Shown: in pieces, positions 22,701 to 34,079 of the stretch
Numbering within the stretch: position 1 is the stretch's first letter
Layout: each line of letters opens with the position of its first letter
Assembly: GCA_000091205.1 (NCBI GenBank)
Contig: AP006489.2
Direction: 5' to 3' (one strand)
Origin: Cyanidioschyzon merolae
Lineage: Eukaryota
Length of the DNA: 64,000 nt
The notes under the pieces: model-generated
Seen by the model: the letters and a program-made list of their open reading frames with translations, nothing else
Databases searched by the model: none
Told to the model about the DNA's origin: nothing
Program-made: the position numbers and the translations under genes

Positions 22701-22923
22701 ATCGGCTCTGAGCCTGCTCCTCTCCTGCCGCTGCCTCTGGTTGAGTTTGACCCTGACCGGGTGCCGAGCTTTCGACGAATCGCTCTTTGGAGCTGCTGCG
22801 GCTGCCGCGTCTGCTCGGCTGAAGTGCCCCGACTTTCGAACCGGTGCGAGCAAGCTTTGCAGACTTGGGCGCTGAGGCGGCCTTGGCACTCGCGTCCACT
22901 GAGCGACGCTTGCGACTGGTCAT
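19723..22923 (-). CDS. Large low-complexity (Ser/Ala/Pro/Arg-rich) nuclear-type protein with a poly-Asp tract, a possible Sds3/BRMS1-like coiled region and a C-terminal globular domain
   Basis: An uninterrupted 1066 aa ORF with KR-rich segments and a D-run ('DDGDDDDDDDDE'). The middle 'ADSFALAHMFIADLVDLERRRYALENRIQRNFELQQAYLHKYAQARFREVEHQY' weakly resembles Sds3-like domains. The last ~110 aa are non-repetitive (FYRGMQLHRGDQVAVRVLPKG...). The plus-strand ORF 19997..21463 is its antisense shadow. Confidence 0.5.
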   Translation of the reverse strand: MTSRKRRSVDASAKAASAPKSAKLARTGSKVGALQPSRRGSRSSSKERFVESSAPGQGQTQPEAAAGEEQAQSRLRRNLRQTSSTRERAKGHSSQGKAASVHMPAAEQHQSADEDSSSSEQLAQRSGKDAMAVLVGLRRSRRSGQASQSAAKRAARASTRALTERTAEKQTASGSASVSETSIGTDHDAGDDGDDDDDDDDEAFSSESTLNASRAETTGRTSRAAPSANAPGAARSTAPASGPCEGSVAEDENAASIAALSVEERAKQQLELERALARVREEAELLVRIAQTLPSFAVEDTGGQPVVSAPVAVNEDAAADAAADTATVPKTQSNEGSISTDEMVRANSCDGTNGLEMAQQQVMELVKQTIGALAAETPKEYADSFALAHMFIADLVDLERRRYALENRIQRNFELQQAYLHKYAQARFREVEHQYLVAEESLRERLLEAAFQRQRRYRIACQLDRDPMVLFGQPPVMIPPGFAGVPYQLLPARPRGASPAAMGTAANLTPEESLLLLERRPVSLGLEPGEASDDLREVQRAITALRRRAKAGNAHAGRAPGASGNETATDGQLLTSAGRAPSGPTGRQTGARARASNRQSTGARHSHERSSIAETGTQSSAHRAPAAGTAAIGNGSLSAAGDLGIDWNDQKQRSRLAVGLVQRDQPAHRLGARPGNATRELPPEQPRTGAVGRSATTTVATAASTTPTSGHVAAPKAARGSAGAHDAGTSSDARSTGKRGRPRKRPPLEPTGAGDRGSNAGVPPRPSTNKVRKPPTSARDKRPVHPPPEPENDVSSSSSSTAAPRSNVGTVSSTVHPGFEHNAEQAGRSLASSPAMTRPLKSESAPNESAADKAPDSSVAKSDTSSGRVAGAAAPLQTQHASTREANQFAVEAVAPAPVPDNAPERSASPRTPQVSEPRVNTGDAGHPGTALSPGTPDIAAAQPSAVTAVPADEKPIPMPEFPVGGDPDAFVSRGTLFYRGMQLHRGDQVAVRVLPKGSTSGAVYVGLASGSPEAQADNQAAQVFHGPLVSLNVKELHVRDAEHRVYVTWLQSGRAELVHLAGHQA

Positions 22924-23735
22924 TGCTGCGGAATCGTTTCGTCGTTCGGTGCCTGCTCACGCCCGCAACGGTATGAAACTGAAGCGGTGTCTCGATGCGT
23001 AGCAAGCGCCTGGTCGCTTGCGTCTCAGAGGTCACGTTTCCGAGCCGCTGCTCGTGAACGCAACGCTGGACGCTTTTGAAAGCGCACCCACGAAAGTTTC
23101 CGACGAACACGAGTGCCTCAATGAAAGGTGACCGTGCAAGATACCAGGCGAATGTTCGACAGGAAGTAGCTAGGGATACGCCTGTAGCCACAGCAGCGGC
23201 AACAGCGGTAACAGCTTTTCGTAGCCGTGTGCCCCGTTCCCGAAGCGCAACACCCTGGACAGGTATTCGACTCGGAGTCGGGCGCTGCGCTCTATTCCAC
23301 GCTATCAAGACGTCTCTTGGGTTAGAGTAGAGACGGTTCGGCAGACGTGTCGCTTAAGCGTGCTGATTTCCTTAGAATCCTAGCGTCTACGAAGGCGGCT
23401 CACAGCGCTATCGTTGAGGCTTTGGACGCGTTCTGGAGTAGCAGCAGCAGCAGCAGCAGCAGTTTGTTTCCCGGGCACTGCAAGTTCCGAGTCCAAGAGC
23501 TGAAATCGCAACGTAAAATCGCTAGAGCTTGCCCTTCGACTAGAGTATTTCGTTGATCGAGTTGGCTTCGGTCTTCACTAAGCGTACCCTGTGCTGCTGA
23601 ACGAATCTGGCGTGGTGGCTGCTTCCAAGGCCACAAAGCTGGGCGGAGCGTCCTGAATACCCAACGAGCGCTGGTGCTCAGTCTTTGATTACCACAGCAT
23701 CTCAACTCGACTGGTGACTCGAGCTACGAGCAGGA

Positions 23736-24587
23736 ATGCTCGGACGCAACCAGCATCCACTGGCGTTCGCTGCCTCAGCTGTGGTGCCAGGCTCACGTGC
23801 TCAGGCGCTAAAGAGTTTGAAAGTTTGTGGGGTCACCAGCGCAGAGGATGCAACCTGGATTTTAGAGACCATTCAGCGACGACTTTCCGTTCAAGTCTGG
23901 ATAGGTTGTGTGTTGTGGCCGCACTCGCGACGTTGCGTCTCGGTGAGGGAGGCTCGCGACATCGCTGCTGCTGTTCGCGAGACGGCAGCAAAGCTGGGAA
24001 CGCCCGCTCGGACGGTGGCTGTGTTTGTTGATGAGGACTTGTCTCGAATACGACAGGTATGCACCGACGCGTCGATAAACGTTGCTCAGCTGCATGGGTC
24101 CCTGGACTGGCAGGAGCATGTGCTCCGAGCGGTGGACTCCTGGCCTTCCTGGTTGGACTACGCTCGTGTTCTGCGGCCCGATGAAGCAGCACAGGAGCCA
24201 TCGAAGCGAGCGATAACAACCGCTGATGGACGTCCACCCTGCTATACGTTGATCGACCCAGGTCGTGGAGACGGGAAGCCCTTCGACTGGCGCAAGTTCT
24301 CGAACGAGCGCGTTTTGGGTCCCGATCCAGGTCTTTGGATGATTGCTGGCGGTTTGCATGCCGGAAATGTGGTTGAGGCCGTACGAGTCACCAATGCACC
24401 GGGTGTTGATGTTGCGAGCGGTGTCGAGGTCAGCACCGACGGTCGCAGGAAGCACGAATCAGGAGAAGGCTCTGCAGACGCGTATCCGCAGCACAGCGGT
24501 AGGGTGTATCGGCCGCGCAAGGACCCTGCTCGTCTTGAGGCCTTCTTGGATGCACTTTGCAGCGTCTACGGTGGTCGCATGATCTAA
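23736..24587 (+). CDS. N-(5'-phosphoribosyl)anthranilate isomerase (tryptophan biosynthesis, TrpF/PAI type), stand-alone
   Basis: 'LKVCGVTSAEDA', 'VAVFVDE', 'VAQLHG', 'LIDPGRGDGKPFDW', 'MIAGGLHAGNVVEAVRVTNAPGVDVASGVE' and C-terminal 'DPARLEAFLDAL' follow the TrpF motif order. Confidence 0.8.
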   Translation: MLGRNQHPLAFAASAVVPGSRAQALKSLKVCGVTSAEDATWILETIQRRLSVQVWIGCVLWPHSRRCVSVREARDIAAAVRETAAKLGTPARTVAVFVDEDLSRIRQVCTDASINVAQLHGSLDWQEHVLRAVDSWPSWLDYARVLRPDEAAQEPSKRAITTADGRPPCYTLIDPGRGDGKPFDWRKFSNERVLGPDPGLWMIAGGLHAGNVVEAVRVTNAPGVDVASGVEVSTDGRRKHESGEGSADAYPQHSGRVYRPRKDPARLEAFLDALCSVYGGRMI

Positions 24588-26139
24588 AGGCAAGCGTAGG
24601 CGATGACTCGGACTGCTTCTGATCGGTGTCTGGGGTATGCCGTTTATCAGAGCGTCTGTCGGAGGCGGAGGTGGTGAAAATGTTCATGCCAGGCTTGCCT
24701 GCATGCGTCTCTACAGAGCGGCTCAGGGCAGTTCGGTCTCGATGATCTGTTTGCAAGGTTTCTCACTTGCTTTTTATTTGCTTGGGTCTGCGGGAAACCG
24801 CCAAGTCAACTGAAGCACTCATGCTGTAATGCTCCCGCGAGACAGCGCGTTCCATGTCGCACGCAGAGAAACCGCGTAACACGCGCCTACATATGGCAGC
24901 GTTGACCTGTTGAGAATGCTGCAAGCAGATGAACGTTACGTTAATCGTCCATCAAAATGATAGACACCGCGTGTGTACGTTGCGTCGGTTGATTGCAGGC
25001 ATTTGCACTGTTCGGATGGCGACGTTGTAACTTGGCGGACGGGGCATCCAGGCCCTGACATTCGACAGCCGCCAGGCGGCTCAGCGCTGCCTCGCAAGCT
25101 GGTTGCTCGTTACCTGCCCCTGTGACATCGAACCAGCAGTACTGCAGATTATGGTTGTGCTGGGATGCCGTCGCCCCTACGCATGGGTTACAATGATGAT
25201 TTTAGAGCATCGCGGGCGCAAAAGAGAAAGCGAGAGAGCATATGTGATGCTGGAGGCAAAAACGACGCTCTACACGTCTGTTGCATCCTTTGGGGGTGGT
25301 GCTTTCTTCATCACACTTCCGGGATTCCACAGGCAAGATATCCATCCGACTGCAATGGTCATCAGGGGACGCTGTTGTTCCCGAGCCTGTCTCGTTGGCG
25401 TAGCAACCACACCTGCCTGCTGGGCACGCCTTGACCGTTTGCGCCGGAACTGCTGCTCTCCAGACGCGCAGCGCTCTCGTTTCTGTCCAGGACAGGTCAC
25501 ATCTGGTGCTGGTCAGCGCCCGCTGCACGTCGCTTTGCCGGTGCGTCCACAGGTTGACTTTTGATGCCGCAGGTATCCCTTTTTGCCATCGTACGCCGTG
25601 TTTCAATCATTTTGAAGTACACCGTCGCCAGTTACGCGGCCAGGGTGCAGTGTCCCTCGTCAGGCGTTTTGGCTCAAATGCAATCGCTTCGTGAACGCCC
25701 AAAACGCACACACATGTACCTCGAAAGCGTCTGGTGCATTCGGAAGCACACACGCGCGTCACTGAGAATGCATCATCTGCGCTGAAACGTACATCTCGTA
25801 AACATCTCGTGCTGTTGTATGCAAACTCGTGTACATGGCATCGCATGCTCTGTTCTCAAACATGTGACTCGAACATTTGTGCTTCTCCTCGATAGACTCA
25901 CGTGCACCTGGATCCTTGCGCACTCCGAAATCGTTCATTCCCGAAAACTGCATCAGCGACGTGTATCCAACGCCTGATTCCACAGCGGGCGTTCATCCGT
26001 AACGATTAGCAATCCGCGTCAACCGGCATCAATCTCCTCCTTTCTAGAATTCAAATGCTATTGAAACCTTTCCCTGGCATCTCGTACCTGCAAATTTCAA
26101 TGTCTACAATACGAAGCACAGGCACTGGTGACAACGCGC

Positions 26140-26901
26140 TCACCTTATCGGGTTCAGGATCGCAACTACAAGAATGATCGCAAACACGACGCCCAGTGCC
26201 AGAGCAAGCCGTTTCTGGCGACTGCGTGCCTTGAGACTCACCTGGAGACGAAGACGCTCCAAGGCACGTGCGACTTCCTCACGTAACTCTTCTGGAGTAC
26301 CGCGGTTATCGATCCGCTCGTCAGCTCGTAGCATCTTCTGCTCGAGCGCCATCTGAGCTTGGATACGTTGCTGGATATCCGCGTCAGTCCAGTCCGGGTG
26401 TCGTCGGCGTAGACGCTCAAACTGCTGTGAACGCGATGCATAGACCACCATGGTCACGTTGCAGAGTCTCGAGAGACCACTCTCATAGAGGAGTGGCACG
26501 TCGAGAACGATTGGGGTGCGCACCCCAGCCACATACCGAAGCAGAAACACTCTCCACAATATTCGTGCACAAACTAGGGGATGCGTAATCCAGTTCAACA
26601 GGTTGAGCGCTCTTGGATTTCCGAAAGCAATCTCGCTGAGGCGTTTGCGATCGAGTTCGAGGTTGCCCTGCTCGTTGCGACGGTACAAGTTTCGGCCGAA
26701 CACAAGGCGTAGCAAGAGGGACGCTACCGTCCCGGGGGCAACCACCTCCCGTGCTATGACGTCGGCGTCAAGAACGGGGTAACCCCAGTCTGCTCGGATG
26801 ACTTTGACGACCTCCGATTTGCCGGTTCCGATGCAGCCGGTGAGGCCATAAACGGCGCCTGCGTTGTCGTACTCCTCCTGCGTTCTGAAACGCGGCATCA
26901 C
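26140..26901 (-). CDS. Dephospho-CoA kinase (CoaE-type) with C-terminal transmembrane anchor
   Basis: 'VYGLTGCIGTGKSEVVKVIRADWGYPVLDADVIAREVV' is the CoaE P-loop with the downstream DAD motif. The C-terminal hydrophobic 'LALALGVVFAIILVVAIL' looks like a tail anchor. Confidence 0.82.
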   Translation of the reverse strand: MMPRFRTQEEYDNAGAVYGLTGCIGTGKSEVVKVIRADWGYPVLDADVIAREVVAPGTVASLLLRLVFGRNLYRRNEQGNLELDRKRLSEIAFGNPRALNLLNWITHPLVCARILWRVFLLRYVAGVRTPIVLDVPLLYESGLSRLCNVTMVVYASRSQQFERLRRRHPDWTDADIQQRIQAQMALEQKMLRADERIDNRGTPEELREEVARALERLRLQVSLKARSRQKRLALALGVVFAIILVVAILNPIR

Positions 26902-27698
26902 GAACGCTTGGTAAACAGAGAAAGCGTATGCAGCTACGGTGGCGATCGCTCCGACCTGAAGAAAGAAGCTGTCCTGACGTCGGTTTCCTGTGCCTCAGAC
27001 GACACGGCTGCGTCAGCGCTACCGCCTCAAGGTATCGTTTGGTACACAACGGTTTCAAGTGGTGTTGCTGCAATGCTGCTGTCGTTGCTCGTGGCGTGCC
27101 ACACGTCCGGTATCTAGACCTAGTCGCGCAACGGAACAAGTTCTCGACTTGTATCGAAATTGTCAGCTTTTGGGCAGTAAATTGCAAGCCAAAGCATACG
27201 TTTACGAAGTTGCGTTGCGGTTCTTTGCACGAAAGCGCTAAACGAAACTACCTAGTGACGCGAGAAACGCTCGGCAAGGCGGGTACGGCTGTCTGCCTGT
27301 AGTATTGGAGTCTAGCACCTGCAAACCAAGGCGGTTACGCTAACGCTACCACTGGGCAACGTTCTTCTAGAAGTTGCATAGCAATACCGCATCGGCGGTC
27401 AGATTTCTAGACAAGTTTGTTCTGTGCGGTAAAGCGTGCGTGCACTGGAGTACCCCTGGTGGCGTTTACAGGTGAACGACGCGCTGGCGTTCGCCTATAG
27501 CGAAAGTCTTCGAAGAGGCGTCATTCCCTGCCCCGACGAAAGCTACAGACGGTACGTGCTAAGGCTGAGCATCACTGGGCTCGGGCTGGACACCCACTGC
27601 GAACCAGTCGATCAACGGAACGCTAGGGACGAGCCTGGTGCGATCCACGCCGACGCTGCCGGCAAACGCGAGCTGGAGTCCCTCGCAACAGACAGCTG

Positions 27699-30212
27699 AT
27701 GCGTACTTTTCGCGCGTTCACCTTGCAGAGCAGGCTCGCGAGTGCCGCTCACTGGCCACCGCGACCGGTGCCCGCACCAGCAGATGACCTGCTGCGACGC
27801 TGTGATGCCTCGCTTATGCAGCGTCTGCCGAGTGCTGCGAGCACTCGCCACTTGCTCCGTTTCCAACACAGCGAAGCTGTATCACCAGCGACGGATCCGG
27901 AGCAAAACGACCGTGCAGTCCAGGTTGCTCTCGAGGAGGCCCAAATAGCAGCCAGAGAACGCGGCTTGACAGGGGCTCCTGTTGGTCGACGTAATTTCGG
28001 CATCGCCGCCCATATCGATAGCGGAAAGACAACACTGAGTGAGCGCATCCTGTTCTACTCTGGGAGAATTCGAAGGATCCATGAAGTGCGGGGCAAGGAC
28101 GGCGTCGGTGCCACCATGGACTCGATGGAACTCGAGCGCGAACGCGGTATTACGATTGCGTCCGCTGCAACCTACCTGAACTGGCAGCGCGGCTTTCACC
28201 TGAACCTCATCGATACACCGGGGCACGTCGACTTTACCATTGAAGTAGAGCGGGCGATGCGCGTACTCGACGGTGCGATCCTGGTGCTGTGTGGTGTCAG
28301 CGGTGTCCAGTCGCAGAGTCTCACCGTGGATCGCCAGATGAGGCGCTACCGCGTTCCTCGACTCGCGTTCGTGAATAAACTGGATCGACAGGGGGCGAAT
28401 CCTGAACGGGTGCTTGAGCAGATTGTTAACAAACTGCACCAGCCGGCTGCCTTTCTGACGATTCCCATAGGCGTCGAGCGGGATCTTGTCGGGGTGGTTG
28501 ATGTAATTCGCCAACAGGCCGTGTATTTCGAAGGCGAATACGGCGAGCAATTGCGTATCGAAGACACCATACCCAGTTCATTGAAGTCCAAGGCCGATCA
28601 AGCGCGTCGCCATCTTATTGAATGTCTCGCGAATGTAGATGAGCGTTTCGGGGACCTCTTCCTCGAGCATGATTACGGGGTCCCAGAGGACGCCATTCAT
28701 CGAGCGATCCGTCGAGCGACCATCGCACGCTCCTTCACACCGGTGTACTGTGGCTCCGCGTTGCGCAACGTGGGTGTTCAGCCGCTCCTCGACGCAGTGG
28801 TCAACTACTTGCCCAGTCCGGTTGAGGTGCGCAGCTACGCCATGCAGGGCGATACCGAGCAGCGAATCCAGCTCGAGCCAGACGCCAATGCCTCGCTTGT
28901 ATCGTTAGCTTTCAAACTCGAGGACGGGCGCTTTGGTCAACTCACGTACCTTCGGGTGTACCAGGGTACTCTTCGCCGCGGCGATCTCATCTATAATGCT
29001 CGAACGGGAAAGCGGTTGCGCGTTCCGCGTCTCGTTCGCCTGCACGCGGATCAAATGGAGGATATTCAGGAAGCGACAGCTGGTGACATATGTGCCATGT
29101 TTGGACTGGACTGTGCCTCTGGAGATACCTTCACAGATGAAGCTGGTCTCGGGAGACGTCTCTCGCTGGAGAGCATTCGCGTCCCTGAACCGGTGATCTC
29201 GTTAGCGATAACGCCACAGGGCAAGACGGATGCACAGGCCAACTTTTCGAAAGCATTGGCGCGATTTACCAAGGAGGATCCCACATTTCGCACGTATCTT
29301 GATCCGGAAAGCAAGCAGACGATTATTTGCGGCATGGGAGAGCTCCATCTTGAGATCTATATCGAGCGAATGCGTCGCGAATACGGTGTCGAGTGCCAAG
29401 TGGGGCAGCCCAAGGTGAACTATCGAGAGTCGGTTTCCCGACGAGCGCCTTTCCAGTACCTGCATCGGAAACAGAGCGGAGGTGCTGGTCAGTACGCTGG
29501 TGTCCAAGGCTACATTGAGCCAACGCTCGAAGCCGGCTACTGGACCGCACGACCCGAGGACTCTGAGACCGCCGAGAGCGACCGCCAGGCAATGAGCGCG
29601 GTGAACACGACCAGCGAGGAGGGTGGACAGGCGGTTGCTGCGCAGCGCGAAGCTACAAAACGCGCTGCCGAGAACGAGTTTGTGAACGCGCTGGTCGGCA
29701 ACAACATACCGCCACAGTTTATTCCGGCCATTGAGCGAGGCTTTCAGGATGCCGTCCAGGAGGGCGCGCTCAGCGGTCACATTGTGCAAGGTGTGCGGAT
29801 GGTGCTCCAAGACGGCAAGAGCCATCCGGTTGACAGCAACGAGATCGCTTTCCGGACCGCTGCACTGATGGCCTTCCGCAAGGCTTTCCCCCAGGCCGGC
29901 GGTGTCATTCTGGAGCCATGGATGCGCGTTGCGGTGCAAGTGCCGCAGGAGTACAGTGGTGACATTCTGGGTAGTCTCACGAAACGGCGAGGAACTGTCG
30001 TGAATTCCCAAACTGACGGCGAATATGCGCTGATTGAAGCGGACGTACCGTTAAGTCAAATGTTTGGCTACTCGACGGATCTGCGCAGCATGACGCAAGG
30101 AAAAGGTGAGTTTACCATGGAGTACCTCCGTCACGAGCCGTGCACCCGGGAGGATCAAGAGCGGCTCATTGCAGACTACGCTGCGCTACGGAAGACAAAA
30201 GCAAACGATTGA
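27699..30212 (+). CDS. GFM1: Mitochondrial translation elongation factor G (mtEF-G1)
   Basis: An N-terminal presequence-like region precedes the GTPase '[27 protein letters not shown]...[19 protein letters not shown]...[27 protein letters not shown]...NKLDR'. The full five-domain collinearity runs to the C-terminus. There is one lineage-specific insert ([14 protein letters not shown]...). Confidence 0.92.
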   Translation: MRTFRAFTLQSRLASAAHWPPRPVPAPADDLLRRCDASLMQRLPSAASTRHLLRFQHSEAVSPATDPEQNDRAVQVALEEAQIAARERGLTGAPVGRRNFGIAAHIDSGKTTLSERILFYSGRIRRIHEVRGKDGVGATMDSMELERERGITIASAATYLNWQRGFHLNLIDTPGHVDFTIEVERAMRVLDGAILVLCGVSGVQSQSLTVDRQMRRYRVPRLAFVNKLDRQGANPERVLEQIVNKLHQPAAFLTIPIGVERDLVGVVDVIRQQAVYFEGEYGEQLRIEDTIPSSLKSKADQARRHLIECLANVDERFGDLFLEHDYGVPEDAIHRAIRRATIARSFTPVYCGSALRNVGVQPLLDAVVNYLPSPVEVRSYAMQGDTEQRIQLEPDANASLVSLAFKLEDGRFGQLTYLRVYQGTLRRGDLIYNARTGKRLRVPRLVRLHADQMEDIQEATAGDICAMFGLDCASGDTFTDEAGLGRRLSLESIRVPEPVISLAITPQGKTDAQANFSKALARFTKEDPTFRTYLDPESKQTIICGMGELHLEIYIERMRREYGVECQVGQPKVNYRESVSRRAPFQYLHRKQSGGAGQYAGVQGYIEPTLEAGYWTARPEDSETAESDRQAMSAVNTTSEEGGQAVAAQREATKRAAENEFVNALVGNNIPPQFIPAIERGFQDAVQEGALSGHIVQGVRMVLQDGKSHPVDSNEIAFRTAALMAFRKAFPQAGGVILEPWMRVAVQVPQEYSGDILGSLTKRRGTVVNSQTDGEYALIEADVPLSQMFGYSTDLRSMTQGKGEFTMEYLRHEPCTREDQERLIADYAALRKTKAND

Positions 30213-32374
30213 GCGCGGATATGGAGACGTGTATGCGTGGGTGCACTCTGGCCAACATATGTGATGTCAAGCAAGGCTTTGTTCGCCCTCAATATTTACG
30301 GTACATAAAGCGGAGTGGAAGTCAACGCGACGGTATCCTGGTACCCGATAGGTAAACAATGATGATGACAATGATAATGATGACGCTCGCTATTTCGCAT
30401 GATCGACGAATACAGGGGTAGCGCTCGAACTGTGCCTTACAGATCAACAAACAATGTTGCGTTTCGCAGTTCAAATATGTAAACGATGCTTTTCGTTGCT
30501 AGCTCTCTGCGCCAGGTGCATTCCTTTCGGTACGATGATTTGAAAGTTGTCGATGCTTCTGAATACTTGAGAGAAGAAATCGGAAACAATGATACGGTTG
30601 CAAAAGTCACATGCATTCGCCTCCGTCCCCGTCAAGCGAGAACATGGTATCACTAGATTTTGTACCGCTGTTGGATGCCGTCGATTTCAACAGTTTTGGC
30701 GCACCAGATACCCATGCGCCTCTCGATCTGCTGCAGACGACTCGTCCAGGGTAGCCAGTACCCAGACCCCTACATGAACACACGAGCGAGCCAGCGGACG
30801 CAGTGCAGCGCACGTTACGCTCGGGCGTCTGCGTCAAACGTATCTGGAAAGCTGCAGGTCATCGAGACACTTCCGCGAATGTCCCTCATTCCATAGAAGC
30901 TCTCATACACGTTGCAACGACTCAATCGTTGGTTCGTGGTGCGAGCCGGTGTCGGACGATATGCGCGGAAACCTGTCCCGGATCACTCACATGGAGGCCC
31001 AGTACGGAATGGCATGGCTGCGCGTGCCGGCTGGCTGGACAACGCTCCAGCTCGTTATGCAGCGCCCACGGATATGGCGCATTTCATCCCGCCCGTTAGC
31101 GACCCTAGTCCAGCGCGTGCCTCAACTGGACTGGGCTTGGAGAGGGAACACGGACGATATTCGGCGACGCAGCACCCAAACATGCCATGCGTCAGCGTTG
31201 CTCATTGGGAAACAGCAGGACATTTTCCAGAGGCTGCGTCACCAGTGAGCGCATGCTTATCGTGGCCGCACTGCGCTTTGACTTGTGGAACGACTCTGGT
31301 CTGCCTTAGCGTTGCCGATCATAGCAAGCGTATTGCAGCACGAGTGAAGGCATCGTAAGCACGACTTGCGCCAACCGGACTAGATCTGGGAATTGCAACT
31401 GGCGTCGTGGTGAACTGAGCACATCCACAAGCTAGTCGCTCATTCGAAAGGACTCGCGTGTGCCTATATCCTGGTATGGAACGCGGGATTCCTAGAAACG
31501 CGTTGGTTTCGCATTGGACGCATGTTCGGAGGTCGGAAGTTCACGTCCGCTAGCGCTGCTTGCCAGCTTGCGGCGATAACGCCATCAACACCTTCGCTTT
31601 GCTGCAGTGTGTACAATGTTGCCCGGCAACGAGCGCTCTTCCATCGAACGCGAACAATCCGAATCAAGGGCGCTGCGGGAGGCGTCATCAGGACTCGATC
31701 GGGGCTGCAATATACGTCGTTCTCTCGAGCAGATCATCTGGTGAGCTGAGGGATAAAGTTCTTGTTCGATGCCGGGTGTGCCGGTGTCGCGGAGCCGCAC
31801 CAACTGGGTTCCAGGCAACGCCCGTGGAAGCCCAGGGCTGCCACGGCACCGGTGGAGGTCTTGCCCAGGCACCGGGCTGGGATCGCTGCTCGGCGTGCGA
31901 GCGGACGTGATCTTCTGATAAAGCCTTGGGGAGAGGTACGAGCTCGGGAGCGCAGTTCCCCACAGACTGCGCTGGCGCGTGCTTCTGTGGCTGCGTGGTT
32001 CCGCGTTGGCGCTCCGAGGTCGTGCAGAGGCGCTCGGTATAGCGAGCGGACACACCTGTGCCACTGAACTGGGCCCTGTCCGCGCGGCGTGACTTGCTCC
32101 GCAGTTCTGCAGCACGAGCGCGTCTACGTCGGAGCCTCAGCCAATCGGAACGTGGTTGCAGGCGGCTCTCTCTACACGTCGTTGTCATGGACGAGCGACT
32201 GCGTCTTGGTCGCTTCCGCCACAGCTTCCGCAACCGGCACCGCCAGCCTCGTTTATGTTCCAGATGCCGAGCATCAAGCCTGCATCGATAACGACTTTGA
32301 GCGGAGCCCAGACAAGACATTTTTCCAGTCACGTCTTTTAATGCGGGAATTAAGCGTCATTCGTCGAGAGAAGC

Positions 32375-32700
32375 GTTGTCTGCGGATACAGGGAGCATCA
32401 GCGAATGGGACATATATGGAAATAAAGCGTCCTGGACGTCGCGCGTGCGCGTGCGTGTCCGCAAGGCGCGCTGCGTAAGATCGCCAACCGCCGCAGCCTT
32501 CTCCAGGGCCAGTCCCTGCCCACGCGATGCGGATACAGGGAGCATCAGCGAATGGGACATATATGGAAATAAAGCGTCCTGGACGTCGCGCGTGCGCGTG
32601 CGTGTCCGAAAGGCGCGCTGCGTAAGATCGCCAACCGCCGCAGCCTTCTCCAGGGCCAGTCCCTGCCCACGCGATGCGGATACAGGGGGTATCAGCGACC
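32375..32700. repeat. Minisatellite, 147-bp unit, about 2.2 copies
   Basis: 'tgcggatacagggagcatcagcgaatgggacatatatggaaataaagcgtcctggacgtcgcgcgtgcgcgtgcgtgtccg...' recurs at 32381, 32528 and 32675 (period 147). Confidence 0.85.
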
Positions 32701-32765
32701 TGCCTGCCTGCCTGCCTTGGCACAGCATTGTTCAGTAGCGTGCAGCGTTCTCGGACGACCCTGAG

Positions 32766-34079
32766 GTGGCGCATGGTGCTTTCGAGGTCGCCCTGATGTG
32801 GGTATCATACGCACTGGTAAAGCGCTCCTGGTTTGCACCAAACAGACCGGCACGTTTTATAGAGACTGTGGCACGAAGTCGCTTGCATAAAGCGTCGTTC
32901 AAGTCGCGGGCTCGATGCCTGTGCAACGCTTCAAACGACGTACCGCCCCGACGGATCGTATTTCTGGGGACCCCTCCAGTGGCGGAGTTGGTGCTCGCTC
33001 GCATCGCCGAAGCTACTGGACAGGTTCCCAGAGCGACCGCGGAGCCGGTGAACTTGACCAGCGCAGCAAGTCCAGGAACGCAGCACGTTCCGTTCAGGGT
33101 TGTTGGCGTCGTGACACAGCCGCCAGCGCCCCAGCGTCGCTCGGGAGCACCGCAACCGAGTCCCACACACCGGTATGCGGTTGATGTGATGCAGGTCCCG
33201 GTATGGACGCCAACACGACTAGCACGTGACGAAAGCTTTCTTCGTCTCTGGGAAACGGAGCTGCGACCGGATCTTGCCATTACTGCTGCGTATGGACAAC
33301 TGCTTCCGGAGCGCTTCCTTCGCGTTCCACCGCTCGGTGTGCTCAATATTCATCCGTCTCTCTTGCCGCTGTATCGTGGTGCAGCGCCAGTCCAGCGAAC
33401 GCTTCTGGACGGCTTGGAGTATAGCGGTGTAAGCATTGTGCGCACGGTACTGGAGCTCGACGCCGGCCCTATTCTATGCCAGGAGCGAGTCCCGATCGAC
33501 GAGAACATTCAGGGTCCAGATTTGCTAGAGCAACTGTTTGCACTGGGTGCAGAGCTTCTCATTCAGCGAATCCTATGTCGGCGGGATGTTGCCCGTGCAT
33601 CGACCGCAGCCGAGATGGACGAGCTCCTGGGCGAGATCCGTATGCAAGACTCAAGCCAGGCCACATATGCGCCGAAACTCAGCAAATGTGAAGGTGAGCT
33701 GAGCTTCACCGAAACTGCGTATCGTGTCCACAATCGCGTACGAGCCGTCGTGGACTGGCCTGGTGCCTGGATGGAGCTGATCGTTCGGCCCGGTAGCGAG
33801 GAAGCGCCGCATGCGGGGCAACGCTTGCGTATCAAGGTGCTCCGCACGCGCATTGCTCGCCGTCAAGGCGGAGCAGCGCTCGGCATCCATCGCGTCTCTT
33901 TCGTAGAGGACGCACTTCGCGTGACTTGCGATGACGGCTCACAACTGGATATCCTTGAGGTGCAATTACCTGGAAAGCGGGTGCAGACGGCTCGGGCGTT
34001 CTGGAATGGCTTGCGCGGACGGTTCCTCGAACGGCCACGGGATCCCTATCCGCCATTATATGAGACTCCAGCCAGATGA
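32766..34079 (+). CDS. MTFMT: Methionyl-tRNA formyltransferase, mitochondrial type
   Basis: 'RIVFLGTP', 'LNIHPSLLPLYRGAAPVQRTLLDGLEYSGVSIVRTVLELDAGPILCQERVPI' and the C-terminal Fmt beta-barrel region are present. The N-terminal extension is consistent with a transit peptide. Confidence 0.85.
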   Translation: MAHGAFEVALMWVSYALVKRSWFAPNRPARFIETVARSRLHKASFKSRARCLCNASNDVPPRRIVFLGTPPVAELVLARIAEATGQVPRATAEPVNLTSAASPGTQHVPFRVVGVVTQPPAPQRRSGAPQPSPTHRYAVDVMQVPVWTPTRLARDESFLRLWETELRPDLAITAAYGQLLPERFLRVPPLGVLNIHPSLLPLYRGAAPVQRTLLDGLEYSGVSIVRTVLELDAGPILCQERVPIDENIQGPDLLEQLFALGAELLIQRILCRRDVARASTAAEMDELLGEIRMQDSSQATYAPKLSKCEGELSFTETAYRVHNRVRAVVDWPGAWMELIVRPGSEEAPHAGQRLRIKVLRTRIARRQGGAALGIHRVSFVEDALRVTCDDGSQLDILEVQLPGKRVQTARAFWNGLRGRFLERPRDPYPPLYETPAR

